The notes below the pieces were generated by a model that saw only the letters and a list, made by a program, of their open reading frames with translations, had not been told where the DNA came from and made no database searches. Of a stretch of 64,000 nucleotides of DNA, positions 30,990-50,351 are shown one piece after another. Location: NCBI RefSeq assembly GCF_009914755.1, contig NC_060948.1. One strand, written 5' to 3'. The stretch comes from the human T2T-CHM13v2.0 reference genome, Homo sapiens. The translations under genes and the position numbers were made by a program. Numbering within the stretch: the stretch's first letter is position 1; every line of letters begins with the position of its first letter.

Positions 30990-33094
30990 AGATCCATATT
31001 TTTTAAATGAAAAAAAATTTCAAAGGTACTCTGCTTGGTACAATAATCAAATGTATAAACTGAGGAATAAAACATAACCATGAAACCTACTTATAACTGC
31101 ATATGGAAAATACAGAGGATAATTTTTTAAATAACATATTTTGAAAGCCTTAACTAGTAATTTGAAGAGTTGGCATTTGAAAGGCCAGTATGAATATACC
31201 TTCAAAGCAGCAACACAGGTTCCCCATGAGAAAAAGCAAACACAGGGAAAATAAAAACACAAAGGTTCAATCTCTTCTGACCTTTGAAAGACACAGCACA
31301 GACAGTGGTCCTTAGGACGAAGAGCAGGAGACCCCTAATTCCGTCACCATGGCGATAGGGCATAAACATTGCTGGGTGAGGGCACAATCCACATTGTGAG
31401 GTCCAACTGCTGCCAGGAAGACAGGAGTGCTTTTACATAGACCGAAAGGTCATTGAAGGCTCAGAGTTTTGTTTCAAGAACTGAATCCCAAGCCCACACG
31501 TTATTAGGCTGCGCTTCTTAAAACAAGTTATGAGATGGGAAAAAGGGCACCCACAAACATACGTATACATTATGTATATAATAATATACAGTATCATATA
31601 TATAATATATATAACCTATGTATAATATTGTTTTACATCCTGCATCTAATGTTATATATATTGTATAAAATATAATAATTGATAATATATAAGTTTTATA
31701 ATTATACAATATGACATATAGTATATATTATAATTTATGACATATATAATATATGTTATATGTCATATATAGAATATATTATACGGTTAATATACGTATT
31801 AAATATAAATTATACATTATATATATTATATATAATATATCTGTTGTATATAATACCCATTATGCATAATATATATATTATGTCTATGTTATATATAGCA
31901 TAAAACAACATATAATAATATATAATTGTATATATAAAATGCGACATATAATATATATTATATTTTATTACATATGTAATATATATTATATATTATATAT
32001 AATACGTTGTATGTATAATACCTATATTAAATATATATTATATGACTATGTTATTAATTACATGTCACATGCGTTATATATTATATATTTTATATAGAAT
32101 ATACCGGTTACATACAATATATACTATGTTACCTATAATGTATAATTTATTACATGTAAAATAAAGAATGCAATATATTATGTAAAATTTATAATATACC
32201 ATATGTGGAATGTGATATATATAACATATAATATATGATATATGATGTACAGTATATGATATATAACATACAATATATGATTCCTAATATATATGGTATA
32301 CAATATATATTTTATGTTATGTATTCTATATGTTTTATATTCTGTTATATATAACTATTTGAAATTATATATAACTGTATAATATTTTATGTAAATATGT
32401 AATATAATATATATAACTATATAATATATTATATATAACTATATATTATGTTATATATACTTTTATAACATAATTTACATAAAATATCATAATATAATAT
32501 ATAATATATTATTTCATATTACATAATATATATTACATATCACCCAATATAACTAACATACATAATATTATAATATAGATTATATTATGTTATATTAAAT
32601 ATCATATATATCATGTATCATATATTCTATAATATATATTACACCTTATATAATATGTATGTTGTCTATTATGTGATATATATAACTATATATATAATTA
32701 TATTTTTATACATATAACTAGATAAACATGTAATTCTACATATTTTCATTTATAATATGTAGAAATATATAATCATATATAATTATTTATATTCTATAAA
32801 AAATTTTATCATTATATAAATTATAATATATAAAAATTATAATATGTACTACAAATATATATATTATATATCATATATGATATAGTACCTTTGTTATATA
32901 TCATAATACATATAAATGTGTATTATGTTATCTATAATTATATAATTTCATATATAAGATGTATAATATGTATCATATATTATATATGTTATGTAATATA
33001 TATAGTATATATAAGATGACACAGGATAAATATTATATACTATGACATATAAAATATATGAGGTTATATGTTACATATAAGGCATAGCACATAA

Positions 33095-33409
<315 letters not shown>

Positions 33410-35516
33410 AGATCCATATTTTTTAAATGAAAAAAAATTTCAAAGGTACTCTGCTTGGTACAATAATCAAATGTATAAACTGAGGAATAAAACATAACCA
33501 TGAAACCTACTTATAACTGCATATGGAAAATACAGAGGATAATTTTTTAAATAACATATTTTGAAAGCCTTAACTAGTAATTTGAAGAGCTGGCATTTGA
33601 AAGGCCAGTATGAATATACCTTCAAAGCAGCAACACAGGTTCCCCATGAGAAAAAGCAAACACAGGGAAAATAAAAACACAAAGGTTCAATCTCTTCTGA
33701 CCTTTGAAAGACACAGCACAGACAGTGGTCCTTAGGACGAAGAGCAGGAGACCCCTAATTCCGTCACCATGGCGATAGGGCATAAACATTGCTGGGTGAG
33801 GGCACAATCCACATTGTGAGGTCCAACTGCTGCCAGGAAGACAGGAGTGCTTTTACATAGACCGAAAGGTCAATGAAGGCTCAGAGTTTTGTTTCAAGAA
33901 CTGAATCCCAAGCCCACACGTTATTAGGCTGCGCTTCTTAAAACAAGTTATGAGATGGGAAAAAGGGCACCCACAAACATACGTATACATTATGTATATA
34001 ATAATATACAGTATCATATATATAATATATATAACCTATGTATAATATTGTTTTACATCCTGCATCTTATGTTATATATATTGTATAAAATATAATAATT
34101 GATAATATATAAGTTTTATAATTATACAATATGACATATAGTATATATTATAATTTATGACATATATAATATATGTTATATGTCATATATAGAATATATT
34201 ATACGGTTAATATACGTATTAAATATAAATTATACATTATATATATTATATATAATATATCTGTTATATATAATACCCATTATGCATAATATATATATTA
34301 TGTCTATGTTATATATAGTATAAAACAACATATAATAATATATAATTGTATATATAAAATGCGACATATAATATATATTATATTTTATAACATATGTAAT
34401 ATATATCATATATTATATATAATACGTTGTATGTATAATACCTATATTAAATATATATTATATGACTATGTTATTAATTACATGTCACATGTGTTATATA
34501 TTATATATTTTACATAGAATATACCGGTTACATACAATATATACTATGTTACCTATAATGTATAATTTATTACATGTAAAATAAAGAATGCAATATATTA
34601 TGTATAATTTATAATATACAATATGTGGAATGTGACATATGTAACATATAATATATGATATATGATATACACTATATGATATATAACATACAATATATGA
34701 TTCCTAATATATATGGTATACAATATATATTTTATGATATGTATTCTATATGTTTTATATTCTGTTATATATAACTATTTGAAATTATATATAACTGTAT
34801 AATATTTTATGTAAATATGTAATATAATATATATAACTATATAATATATTATATATAACTATATATTATGTTATATATACTTTTATAACATAATTTACAT
34901 AAAATATCATAATATAATATATATTATATTATTTCATATTACATAATATATATTACATATCACCCAATATAACTAACATACATAATATTATAATATAGAT
35001 TATATTATGTTATATTAAATATCATATATATCATGTATCATATATTCTATAATATATATTACACATTATATAATATGTATGTTGTCTATTATGTGATATA
35101 TATAACTATATATATAATTATATTTTTATACATATAACTAGATAAACATGTAATTCTACATATTTTCTTTTGTAATATGTAGAATTATATAATCATATAT
35201 AATTATTTATATTCTATAAAAAATTTTATCATTATATAAATTATAATATATAAAAATTATAATATGTACTACAAATATATATATATTATATATCATATAT
35301 GATATAGTACCTTTGTTATATATCATAATACATATAAATGTGTATTATGTTATCTATAATTATATAATTTCATATATAAGATGTATAATATGTATCATAT
35401 ATTATATATGTTATGTAATATATATAGTATATATAAGATGACACAGGATAAATATTATATACTATGACATATAAAATATATGAGGTTATATGTTACATAT
35501 AAGGCATAGCACATAA

Positions 35517-35831
<315 letters not shown>

Positions 35832-37959
35832 AGATCCATATTTTTTAAATGAAAAAAAATTTCAAAGGTACTCTGCTTGGTACAATAATCAAATGTATAA
35901 ACTGAGGAATAAAACATAACCATGAAACCTACTTATAACTGCATATGGAAAATACAGAGGATAATTTTTTAAATCACATATTTTGAAAGCCTTAACTAGT
36001 AATTTGAAGAGTTGGCATTTGAAAGGCCAGTATGAATATACCTTCAAAGCAGCAACACAGGTTCCCCATGAGAAAAAGCAAACACAGGGAAAATAAAAAC
36101 ACAAAGGTTCAATCTCTTCTGACCTTTGAAAGACACAGCACAGACAGTGGTCCTTAGGACGAAAAGCAGGAGACCCCTAATTCCGTCACCATGGCGATAG
36201 GGCATAAACATTGCTGGGTGAGGGCACAATCCACATTGTGAGGTCCAACTGCTGCCAGGAAGACAGGAGTGCTTTTACATAGACCGAAAGGTCATTGAAG
36301 GCTCAGAGTTTTCTTTCAAGAACTGAATCCCAAGCCCACACGTTATTAGGCTGCGCTTCTTAAAACAAGTTATGAGATGGGAAAAAGGGCACCCACAAAC
36401 ATACGTATACATTATGTATATAATAATATACAGTATCATATATATAATATATATAACCTATGTATAATATTGTTTTACATCCTGCATCTTATGTTATATA
36501 TATTGTATAAAATATAATAATTGATAATATATAAGTTTTATAATTATACAATATGACATATAGTATATATTATAATTTATGACATATATAATATATGTTA
36601 TATGTCATATATAGAATATATTATACGGTTAATATACGTATTAAATATAAATTATACATTATATGTATTATATATAATATATCTGTTATATATAATACCC
36701 ATTATGCATAATATATATATTATGTCTATGTTATATATAGTATAAAACAACATATAATAATATATAATTGTATATATAAAATGCGACATATAATATATAT
36801 TATATTTTATAACATATGTAATATATATTATATATTATATATAATACGTTGTATGTATAATACCTATATTAAATATATATTATATGACTATGTTATTAAT
36901 TACGTGTCACATGTGTTATATATTATATATTTTACATAGAATATACCGGTTACATACAATATATACTATGTTACCTATAATGTATAATTTATTACATGTA
37001 AAATAAACAATGCAATATATTATGTATAATTTATAATATACAATATGTGGAATGTGATATATATAACATATAATATATGATATATGATATACAGTATATG
37101 ATATATAACATACAATATATGATTCCTAATATATATGGTATACAATATATATTTTATGATATGTATTCTATATGTTTTATATTCTGTTATATATAACTAT
37201 TTGAAATTATATATAACTGTATAATATTTTATGTAAATATGTAATATAATATATATAACTATATAATATATTATATATAACTATATATTATGTTATATAT
37301 ACTTTTATAACATAATTTACATAAAATATCATAATATAATATATATTATATTATTTCATATTACATAATATATATTACATATCACCCAATATAACTAACA
37401 TACATAATATTATAATATAGATTATATTGTGTTATATTAAATATCATATATATCATGTATCATATATTCTATAATATATATTACACATTATATAATATGT
37501 ATGTTGTCTATTATGTGATATATATAACTATATATATAATTATATTTTTATACATATAACTAGATAAACATGTAATTCTACATATTTTCATTTATAATAT
37601 GTATAATTATATAATCATATATAATTATTTATATTCTATAAAAAATTTTATCATTATATAAATTATAATATATAAAAATTGTAATATGTACTACAAATAT
37701 ATATATTATATATCATATATGATATAGTACTATTGTTATATTTCATAATACATATAAATGTGTATTATGTTATCTATAATTATATAATTTCATATATAAG
37801 ATGTATAATATGTATCATAAAATATATATGTTGTGTAATATATATAGTATATATAAGATGACACAGGATAAATATTATATACTATGACATATAAAATATA
37901 TGAGGTTATATGTTACATATAAGGCATAGCACATAACATGTAATATATATCATATATAA

Positions 37960-38251
37960 TTTTTTTTTAGACAGAATCTTGTCCTGTTGCACAGGGTGGG
38001 GTACAATGGCGCCATCTTTGCTGACTGCAAATTCTGCCTCACGGGTCCAAGCGATTGTCCTCCCTCAGCCTCCCAGGTAGCTGGGACTACACCACACTGG
38101 GACTACACCAGCTGCCACCATGCCTAGCTAATTTTTTGGATTTTTAGTAGTGACAGCGTTTCACTGTATTGGCCAGGATGGTCTTGATCTCTTCACCTTG
38201 TGATCCCCTTGCCTTGGCCTCCAAATTTGCTGGGATTACAGGCCTGAGCCA
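37960..38251 (-). mobile_element. Diverged Alu SINE, unit 16
   Basis: Same Alu hallmarks as unit 1. Confidence 0.95.
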
Positions 38252-40356
38252 AGATCCATATTTTTTAAATGAAAAAAAATTTCAAAGGTACTCTGCTTGG
38301 TACAATAATCAAATGTATAAACTGAGGAATAAAACATAACCATGAAACCTACTTATAACTGCATATGGAAAATACAGAGGATAATTTTTTAAATAACATA
38401 TTTTGAAAGCCTTAACTAGTAATTTGAAGAGTTGGCATTTGAAAGGCCAGTATGAATATACCTTCAAAGCAGCAACACAGGTTCCCCATGAGAAAAAGCA
38501 AACACAGGGAAAATAAAAACACAAAGGTTCAATCTCTTCTGACCTTTGAAAGACACAGCACAGACAGTGGTCCTTAGGACGAAGAGCAGGAGACCCCTAA
38601 TTCCGTCACCATGGCGATAGGGCATAAACATTGCTGGGTGAGGGCACAATCCACATTGTGAGGTCCAACTGCTGCCAGGAAGACAGGAGTGCTTTTACAT
38701 AGACCGAAAGGTCATTGAAGGCTCAGAGTTTTGTTTCAAGAACTGAATCCCAAGCCCACACGTTATTAGGCTGCGCTTCTTAAAACAAGTTATGAGATGG
38801 GAAAAAGGGCACCCACAAACATACGTATACATTATGTATATAATAATATACAGTATCATATATATAATATATATAACCTATGTATAATATTGTTTTACAT
38901 CCTGCATCTTATGTTATATATATTGTATAAAATATAATAATTGATAATATATAAGTTTTATAATTATACAATATGACATATAGTATATATTATAATTTAT
39001 GACATATATAATATATGTTATATGTCATATATAGAATATATTATACGGTTAATATACGTATTAAATATAAATTATACATTCTATATATTATATATAATAT
39101 ATCTGTTATATATAATACCCATTATGCATAATATATATATTATGTCTATGTTATATATAGTATAAAACAACATATAATAATATATAATTGTATATATAAA
39201 ATGCGACATATAATATATATTATATTTTATTACATATGCAATATATATTATATATTATATATAATACGTTGTATGTATAATACCTATATTAAATATATAT
39301 TATATGACTATGTTATTAATTACATGTCACATGCGTTATATATTATATATTTTACATAGAATATACCGGTTACATACAATATATACTATGTTACCTATAA
39401 TGTATAATTTATTACATGTAAAATAAAGAATGCAATATATTATGTAAAATTTATAATATACCATATGTGGAATGTGATATATATAACATATAATATATGA
39501 TATATGATGTACAGTATATGATATATAACATACAATATATGATTCCTAATATATATGGTATACAATATATATTTTATGTTATGTATTCTATATGTTTTAT
39601 ATTCTGTTATATATAACTATTTGAAATTATATATAACTGTATAATATTTTATGTAAATATGTAATATAATATATATAACTATATAATATATTATATATAA
39701 CTATATATTATGTTATATATACTTTTATAACATAATTTACATAAAATATCATAATATAATATATATTATATTATTTCATATTACATAATATATATTACAT
39801 ATCACCCAATATAACTAACATACATAATATTATAATATAGATTATATTATGTTATATTAAATATCATATATATCATGTATCATATATTCTATAATATATA
39901 TTACACCTTATATAATATGTATGTTGTCTATTATGTGATATATATAACTATATATATAATTATATTTTTATACATATAACTAGATAAACATGTAATTCTA
40001 CATATTTCCATTTATAATATGTAGAATTATATAATCATATATAATTATTTATATTCTATAAAAAATTTTATCATTATATAAATTATAATATATAAAAATT
40101 ATAATATGTACTACAAATATATATATTATATATCATATATGATATAGTACCTTTGTTATATATCATAATACATATAAATGTGTATTATGTTATCTATAAT
40201 TATATAATTTCATATATAAGATGTATAATATGTATCATATATTATATATGTTATGTAATATATATAGTATATATAAGATGACACAGGATAAATATTATAT
40301 ACTATGACATATAAAATATATGAGGTTATATGTTACATATAAGGCATAGCACATAA

Positions 40357-40671
<315 letters not shown>

Positions 40672-42799
40672 AGATCCATATTTTTTAAATGAAAAAAAAT
40701 TTCAAAGGTACTCTGCTTGGTACAATAATCAAATGTATAAACTGAGGAATAAAACATAACCATGAAACCTACTTATAACTGCATATGGAAAATACAGAGG
40801 ATAATTTTTTAAATAACATATTTTGAAAGCCTTAACTAGTAATTTGAAGAGCTGGCATTTGAAAGGCCAGTATGAATATACCTTCAAAGCAGCAACACAG
40901 GTTCCCCATGAGAAAAAGCAAACACAGGGAAAATAAAACCACAAAGGTTCAATCTCTTCTGACCTTTGAAAGACACAGCACAGACAGTGGTCCTTAGGAC
41001 GAAGAGCAGGAGACCCCTAATTCCGTCACCATGGCGATAGGGCATAAACATTGCTGGGTGAGGGCACAATCCACATTGTGAGGTCCAACTGCTGCCAGGA
41101 AGACAGGAGTGCTTTTACATAGACCGAAAGGTCATTGAAGGCTCAGAGTTTTGTTTCAAGAACTGAATCCCAAGCCCACACGTTATTAGGCTGCGCTTCT
41201 TAAAACAAGTTATGAGATGGGAAAAAGGGCACCCACAAACATACGTATACATTATGTATATAATAATATACAGTATCATATATATAATATATATAACCTA
41301 TGTATAATATTGTTTTACATCCTGCATCTAATGTTATATATATTGTATAAAATATAATAATTGATAATATATAAGTTTTATAATTATACAATATGACATA
41401 TAGTATATATTATAATTTATGACATATATAATATATGTTATATGTCATATATAGAATATATTATACGGTTAATATACGTATTAAATATAAATTATACATT
41501 ATATATATTATATATAATATATCTGTTATATATAATACCCATTATGCATAATATATATATTATGTCTATGTTATATATAGCATAAAACAACATATAATAA
41601 TATATAATTGTATATATAAAATGCGACATATAATATATATTATATTTTATTACATATGTAATATATATTATATATTATATATAATACGTTGTATGTATAA
41701 TACCTATATTAAATATATATTATATGACTATGTTATTAATTACATGTCACATGCGTTATATATTATATATTTTATATAGAATATACCGGTTACATACAAT
41801 ATATACTATGTTACCTATAATGTATAATTTATTACATGTAAAATAAAGAATGCAATATATTATGTAAAATTTATAATATACCATATGTGGAATGTGATAT
41901 ATATAACATATAATATATGATATATGATGTACAGTATATGATATATAACATACAATATATGATTCCTAATATATATGGTATACAATATATATTTTATGTT
42001 ATGTATTCTATATGTTTTATATTCTGTTATATATAACTATTTGAAATTATATATAACTGTATAATATTTTATGTAAATATGTAATATAATATATATAACT
42101 ATATAATATATTATATATAACTATATATTATGTTATATATACTTTTATAACATAATTTACATAAAATATCATAATATAATATATATTATATTATTTCATA
42201 TTACATAATATATATTACATATCACCCAATATAACTAACATACATAATATTATAATATAGATTATATTATGTTATATTAAATATCATATATATCATGTAT
42301 CATATATTCTATAATATATATTACACCTTATATAATATGTATGTTGTCTATTATGTGATATATATAACTATATATATAATTATATTTTTATACATATAAC
42401 TAGATAAACATGTAATTCTACATATTTTCATTTATAATATGTAGAATTATATAATCATATATAATTATTTATATTCTATAAAAAATTTTATCATTATATA
42501 AATTATAATATATAAAAATTATAATATGTACTACAAATATATATATTATATATCATATATGATATAGTACTATTGTTATATTTCATAATACATATAAATG
42601 TGTATTATGTTATCTATAATTATATAATTTCATATATAAGATGTATAATATGTATCATAAAATATATATGTTGTGTAATATATATAGTATATATAAGATG
42701 ACACAGGATAAATATTATATACTATGACATATAAAATATATGAGGTTATATGTTACATATAAGGCATAGCACATAACATGTAATATATATCATATATAA

Positions 42800-43091
42800 T
42801 TTTTTTTTAGACAGAATCTTGTCCTGTTGCACAGGGTGGGGTACAATGGCGCCATCTTTGCTGACTGCAAATTCTGCCTCACGGGTCCAAGCGATTGTCC
42901 TCCCTCAGCCTCCCAGGTAGCTGGGACTACACCACACTGGGACTACACCAGCTGCCACCATGCCTAGCTAATTTTTTGGATTTTTAGTAGTGACAGCGTT
43001 TCACTGTATTGGCCAGGATGGTCTTGATCTCTTCACCTTGTGATCCCCTTGCCTTGGCCTCCAAATTTGCTGGGATTACAGGCCTGAGCCA
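42800..43091 (-). mobile_element. Diverged Alu SINE, unit 18
   Basis: Same Alu hallmarks as unit 1. Confidence 0.95.
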
Positions 43092-45196
43092 AGATCCATA
43101 TTTTTTAAATGAAAAAAAATTTCAAAGGTACTCTGCTTGGTACAATAATCAAATGTATAAACTGAGGAATAAAACATAACCATGAAACCTACTTATAACT
43201 GCATATGGAAAATACAGAGGATAATTTTTTAAATAACATATTTTGAAAGCCTTAACTAGTAATTTGAAGAGTTGGCATTTGAAAGGCCAGTATGAATATA
43301 CCTTCAAAGCAGCAACACAGGTTCCCCATGAGAAAAAGCAAACACAGGGAAAATAAAAACACAAAGGTTCAATCTCTTGTGACCTTTGAAAGACACAGCA
43401 CAGACAGTGGTCCTTAGGACGAAGAGCAGGAGACCCCTAATTCCGTCACCATGGCGATAGGGCATAAACATTGCTGGGTGAGGGCACAATCCACATTGTG
43501 AGGTCCAACTGCTGCCAGGAAGACAGGAGTGCTTTTACATAGACCGAAAGGTCATTGAAGGCTCAGAGTTTTGTTTCAAGAACTGAATCCCAAGCCCACA
43601 CGTTATTAGGCTGCGCTTCTTAAAACAAGTTATGAGATGGGAAAAAGGGCACCCACAAACATACGTATACATTATGTATATAATAATATACAGTATCATA
43701 TATATAATATATATAACCTATGTATAATATTGTTTTACATCCTGCATCTTATGTTATATATATTGTATAAAATATAATAATTGATAATATATAAGTTTTA
43801 TAATTATACAATATGACATATAGTATATATTATAATTTATGACATATATAATATATGTTATATGTCATATATAGAATATATTATACGGTTAATATACGTA
43901 TTAAATATAAATTATACATTATATATATTATATATAATATATCTGTTATATATAATACCCATTATGCATAATATATATATTATGTCTATGTTATATATAG
44001 CATAAAACAACATATAATAATATATAATTGTATATATAAAATGCGACATATAATATATATTATATTTTATTACATATGTAATATATATTATATATTATAT
44101 ATAATACGTTGTATGTATAATACCTATATTAAATATATATTATATGACTATGTTATTAATTACATGTCACATGCGTTATATATTATATATTTTATATAGA
44201 ATATACCGGTTACATACAATATATACTATGTTACCTATAATGTATAATTTATTACATGTAAAATAAAGAATGCAATATATTATGTAAAATTTATAATATA
44301 CCATATGTGGAATGTGATATATATAACATATAATATATGTTATATGATGTACAGTATATGATATATAACATACAATATATGATTCCTAATATATATGGTA
44401 TACAATATATATTTTATGTTATGTATTCTATATGTTTTATATTCTGTTATATATAACTATTTGAAATTATATATAACTGTATAATATTTTATGTAAATAT
44501 GTAATATAATATATATAACTATATAATATATTATATATAACTATATATTATGTTATATATACTTTTATAACATAATTTACATAAAATATCATAATATAAT
44601 ATATATTATATTATTTCATATTACATAATATATATTACATATCACCCAATATAACTAACATACATAATATTATAATATAGATTATATTATGTTATATTAA
44701 ATATCATATATATCATGTATCATATATTCTATAATATATATTACACCTTATATAATATGTATGTTGTCTATTATGTGATATATATAACTATATATATAAT
44801 TATATTTTTATACATATAACTAGATAAACATGTAATTCTACATATTTTCATTTATAATATGTAGAATTATATAATCATATATAATTATTTATATTCTATA
44901 AAAAATTTTATCATTATATAAATTATAATATATAAAAATTATAATATGTACTACAAATATATATATTATATATCATATATGATATAGTACCTTTGTTATA
45001 TATCATAATACCTATAAATGTGTATTATGTTATCTATAATTATATAATTTCATATATAAGATGTATAATATGTATCATATATTATATATGTTATGTAATA
45101 TATATAGTATATATAAGATGACACAGGATAAATATTATATACTATGACATATAAAATATATGAGGTTATATGTTACTTATAAGGCATACCACATAA

Positions 45197-45511
<315 letters not shown>

Positions 45512-47616
45512 AGATCCATATTTTTTAAATGAAAAAAAATTTCAAAGGTACTCTGCTTGGTACAATAATCAAATGTATAAACTGAGGAATAAAACATAAC
45601 CATGAAACCTACTTATAACTGCATATGGAAAATACAGAGGATAATTTTTTAAATAACATATTTTGAAAGCCTTAACTAGTAATTTGAAGAGCTGGCATTT
45701 GAAAGGCCAGTATGAATATACCTTCAAAGCAGCAACACAGGTTCCCCATGAGAAAAAGCAAACACAGGGAAAATAAAACCACAAAGGTTCAATCTCTTCT
45801 GACCTTTGAAAGACACAGCACAGACAGTGGTCCTTAGGACGAAGAGCAGGAGACCCCTAATTCCGTCACCATGGCGATAGGGCATAAACATTGCTGGGTG
45901 AGGGCACAATCCACATTGTGAGGTCCAACTGCTGCCAGGAAGACAGGAGTGCTTTTACATAGACCGAAAGGTCATTGAAGGCTCAGAGTTTTGTTTCAAG
46001 AACTGAATCCCAAGCCCACACGTTATTAGGCTGCGCTTCTTAAAACAAGTTATGAGATGGGAAAAAGGGCACCCACAAACATACGTATACATTATGTATA
46101 TAATAATATACAGTATCATATATATAATATATATAACCTATGTATAATATTGTTTTACATCCTGCATCTAATGTTATATATATTGTATAAAATATAATAA
46201 TTGATAATATATAAGTTTTATAATTATACAATATGACATATAGTATATATTATAATTTATGACATATATAATATATGTTATATGTCATATATAGAATATA
46301 TTATACGGTTAATATACGTATTAAATATAAATTATACATTATATATATTATATATAATATATCTGTTATATATAATACCCATTATGCATAATATATATAT
46401 TATGTCTATGTTATATATAGCATAAAACAACATATAATAATATATAATTGTATATATAAAATGCGACATATAATATATATTATATTTTATTACATATGTA
46501 ATATATATTATATATTATATATAATACGTTGTATGTATAATACCTATATTAAATATATATTATATGACTATGTTATTAATTACATGTCACATGCGTTATA
46601 TATTATATATTTTATATAGAATATACCGGTTACATACAATATATACTATGTTACCTATAATGTATAATTTATTACATGTAAAATAAAGAATGCAATATAT
46701 TATGTAAAATTTATAATATACCATATGTGGAATGTGATATATATAACATATAATATATGATATATGATGTACAGTATATGATATATAACATACAATATAT
46801 GATTCCTAATATATATGGTATACAATATATATTTTATGTTATGTATTCTATATGTTTTATATTCTGTTATATATAACTATTTGAAATTATATATAACTGT
46901 ATAATATTTTATGTAAATATGTAATATAATATATATAACTATATAATATATTATATATAACTATATATTATGTTATATATACTTTTATAACATAATTTAC
47001 ATAAAATATCATAATATAATATATATTATATTATTTCATATTACATAATATATATTACATATCACCCAATATAACTAACATACATAATATTATAATATAG
47101 ATTATATTATGTTATATTAAATATCATATATATCATGTATCATATATTCTATAATATATATTACACCTTATATAATATGTATGTTGTCTATTATGTGATA
47201 TATATAACTATATATATAATTATATTTTTATACATATAACTAGATAAACATGTAATTCTACATATTTTCATTTATAATATGTAGAATTATATAATCATAT
47301 ATAATTATTTATATTCAATAAAAAATTTTATCATTATATAAATTATAATATATAAAAATTATAATATGTACTACAAATATATATATTATATATCATATAT
47401 GATATAGTACCTTTGTTATATATCATAATACATATAAATGTGTATTATGTTATCTATAATTATATAATTTCATATATAAGATGTATAATATGTATCATAT
47501 ATTATATATGTTATGTAATATATATAGTATATATAAGATGACACAGGATAAATATTATATACTATGACATATAAAATATATGAGGTTATATGTTACATAT
47601 AAGGCATACCACATAA

Positions 47617-47931
<315 letters not shown>

Positions 47932-50059
47932 AGATCCATATTTTTTAAATGAAAAAAAATTTCAAAGGTACTCTGCTTGGTACAATAATCAAATGTATAA
48001 ACTGAGGAATAAAACATAACCATGAAACCTACTTATAACTGCATATGGAAAATACAGAGGATAATTTTTTAAATAACATATTTTGAAAGCCTTAACTAGT
48101 AATTTGAAGAGTTGGCATTTGAAAGGCCAGTATGAATATACCTTCAAAGCAGCAACACAGGTTCCCCATGAGAAAAAGCAAACACAGGGAAAATAAAAAC
48201 ACAAAGGTTCAATCTCTTCTGACCTTTGAAAGACACAGCACAGACAGTGGTCCTTAGGACGAAGAGCAGGAGACCCCTAATTCCGTCACCATGGCGATAG
48301 GGCATAAACATTGCTGGGTGAGGGCACAATCCACATTGTGAGGTCCAACTGCTGCCAGGAAGACAGGAGTGCTTTTACATAGACCGAAAGGTCATTGAAG
48401 GCTCAGAGTTTTGTTTCAAGAACTGAATCCCAAGCCCACACGTTATTAGGCTGCGCTTCTTAAAACAAGTTATGAGATGGGAAAAAGGGCACCCACAAAC
48501 ATACGTATACATTATGTATATAATAATATACAGTATCATATATATAATATATATAACCTATGTATAATATTGTTTTACATCCTGCATCTAATGTTATATA
48601 TATTGTATAAAATATAATAATTGATAATATATAAGTTTTATAATTATACAATATGACATATAGTATATATTATAATTTATGACATATATAATATATGTTA
48701 TATGTCATATATAGAATATATTATACGGTTAATATACGTATTAAATATAAATTATACATTATATATATTATATATAATATATCTGTTATATATAATACCC
48801 ATTATGCATAATATATATATTATGTCTATGTTATATATAGCATAAAACAACATATAATAATATATAATTGTATATATAAAATGCGACATATAATATATAT
48901 TATATTTTATTACATATGTAATATATATTATATATTATATATAATACGTTGTATGTATAATACCTATATTAAATATATATTATATGACTATGTTATTAAT
49001 TACATGTCACATGCGTTATATATTATATATTTTATATAGAATATACCGGTTACATACAATATATACTATGTTACCTATAATGTATAATTTATTACATGTA
49101 AAATAAAGAATGCAATATATTATGTAAAATTTATAATATACCATATGTGGAATGTGATATATATAACATATAATATATGATATATGATGTACAGTATATG
49201 ATATATAACATACAATATATGATTCCTAATATATATGGTATACAATATATATTTTATGTTATGCATTCTATATGTTTTATATTCTGTTATATATAACTAT
49301 TTGAAATTATATATAACTGTATAATATTTTATGTAAATATGTAATATAATATATATAACTATATAATATATTATATATAACTATATATTATGTTATATAT
49401 ACTTTTATAACATAATTTACATAAAATATCATAATATAATATATATTATATTATTTCATATTACATAATATATATTACATATCACCCAATATAACTAACA
49501 TACATAATATTATAATATAGATTATATTATGTTATATTAAATATCATATATATCATGTATCATATATTCTATAATATATATTACACCTTATATAATATGT
49601 ATGTTGTCTATTATGTGATATATATAACTATATATATAATTATATTTTTATACATATAACTAGATAAACATGTAATTCTACATATTTTCATTTATAATAT
49701 GTAGAATTATATAATCATATATAATTATTTATATTCTATAAAAAATTTTATCATTATATAAATTATAATATATAAAAATTATAATATGTACTATAAATAT
49801 ATATATTATATATCATATATGATATAGTACTATTGTTATATTTCATAATACATATAAATGTGTATTATGTTATCTATAATTATATAATTTCATATATAAG
49901 ATGTATAATATGTATCATAAATTATATATGTTGTGTAATATATATAGTATATATAAGATGACACAGGATAAATATTATATACTATGACATATAAAATATA
50001 TGAGGTTATATGTTACATATAAGGCATAGCACAGAACATGTAATATATATCATATATAA

Positions 50060-50351
50060 TTTTTTTTTAGACAGAATCTTGTCCTGTTGCACAGGGTGGG
50101 GTACAATGGCGCCATCTTTGCTCACTGCAACTTCTGCCTCACGGGTCCAAGCGATTGTCCTCCCTCAGCCTCCCAGGTAGCTGGGACTACACCACACTGG
50201 GACTACACCAGCTGCCACCATGCCTAGCTAATTTTTTGGATTTTTAGTAGTGACAGCGTTTCACTGTATTGGCCAGGATGGTCTTGATCTCTTCACCTTG
50301 TGATCCCCTTGCCTTGGCCTCCAAATTTGCTGGGATTACAGGCCTGAGCCA
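50060..50351 (-). mobile_element. Diverged Alu SINE, unit 21
   Basis: Same Alu hallmarks as unit 1. Confidence 0.95.
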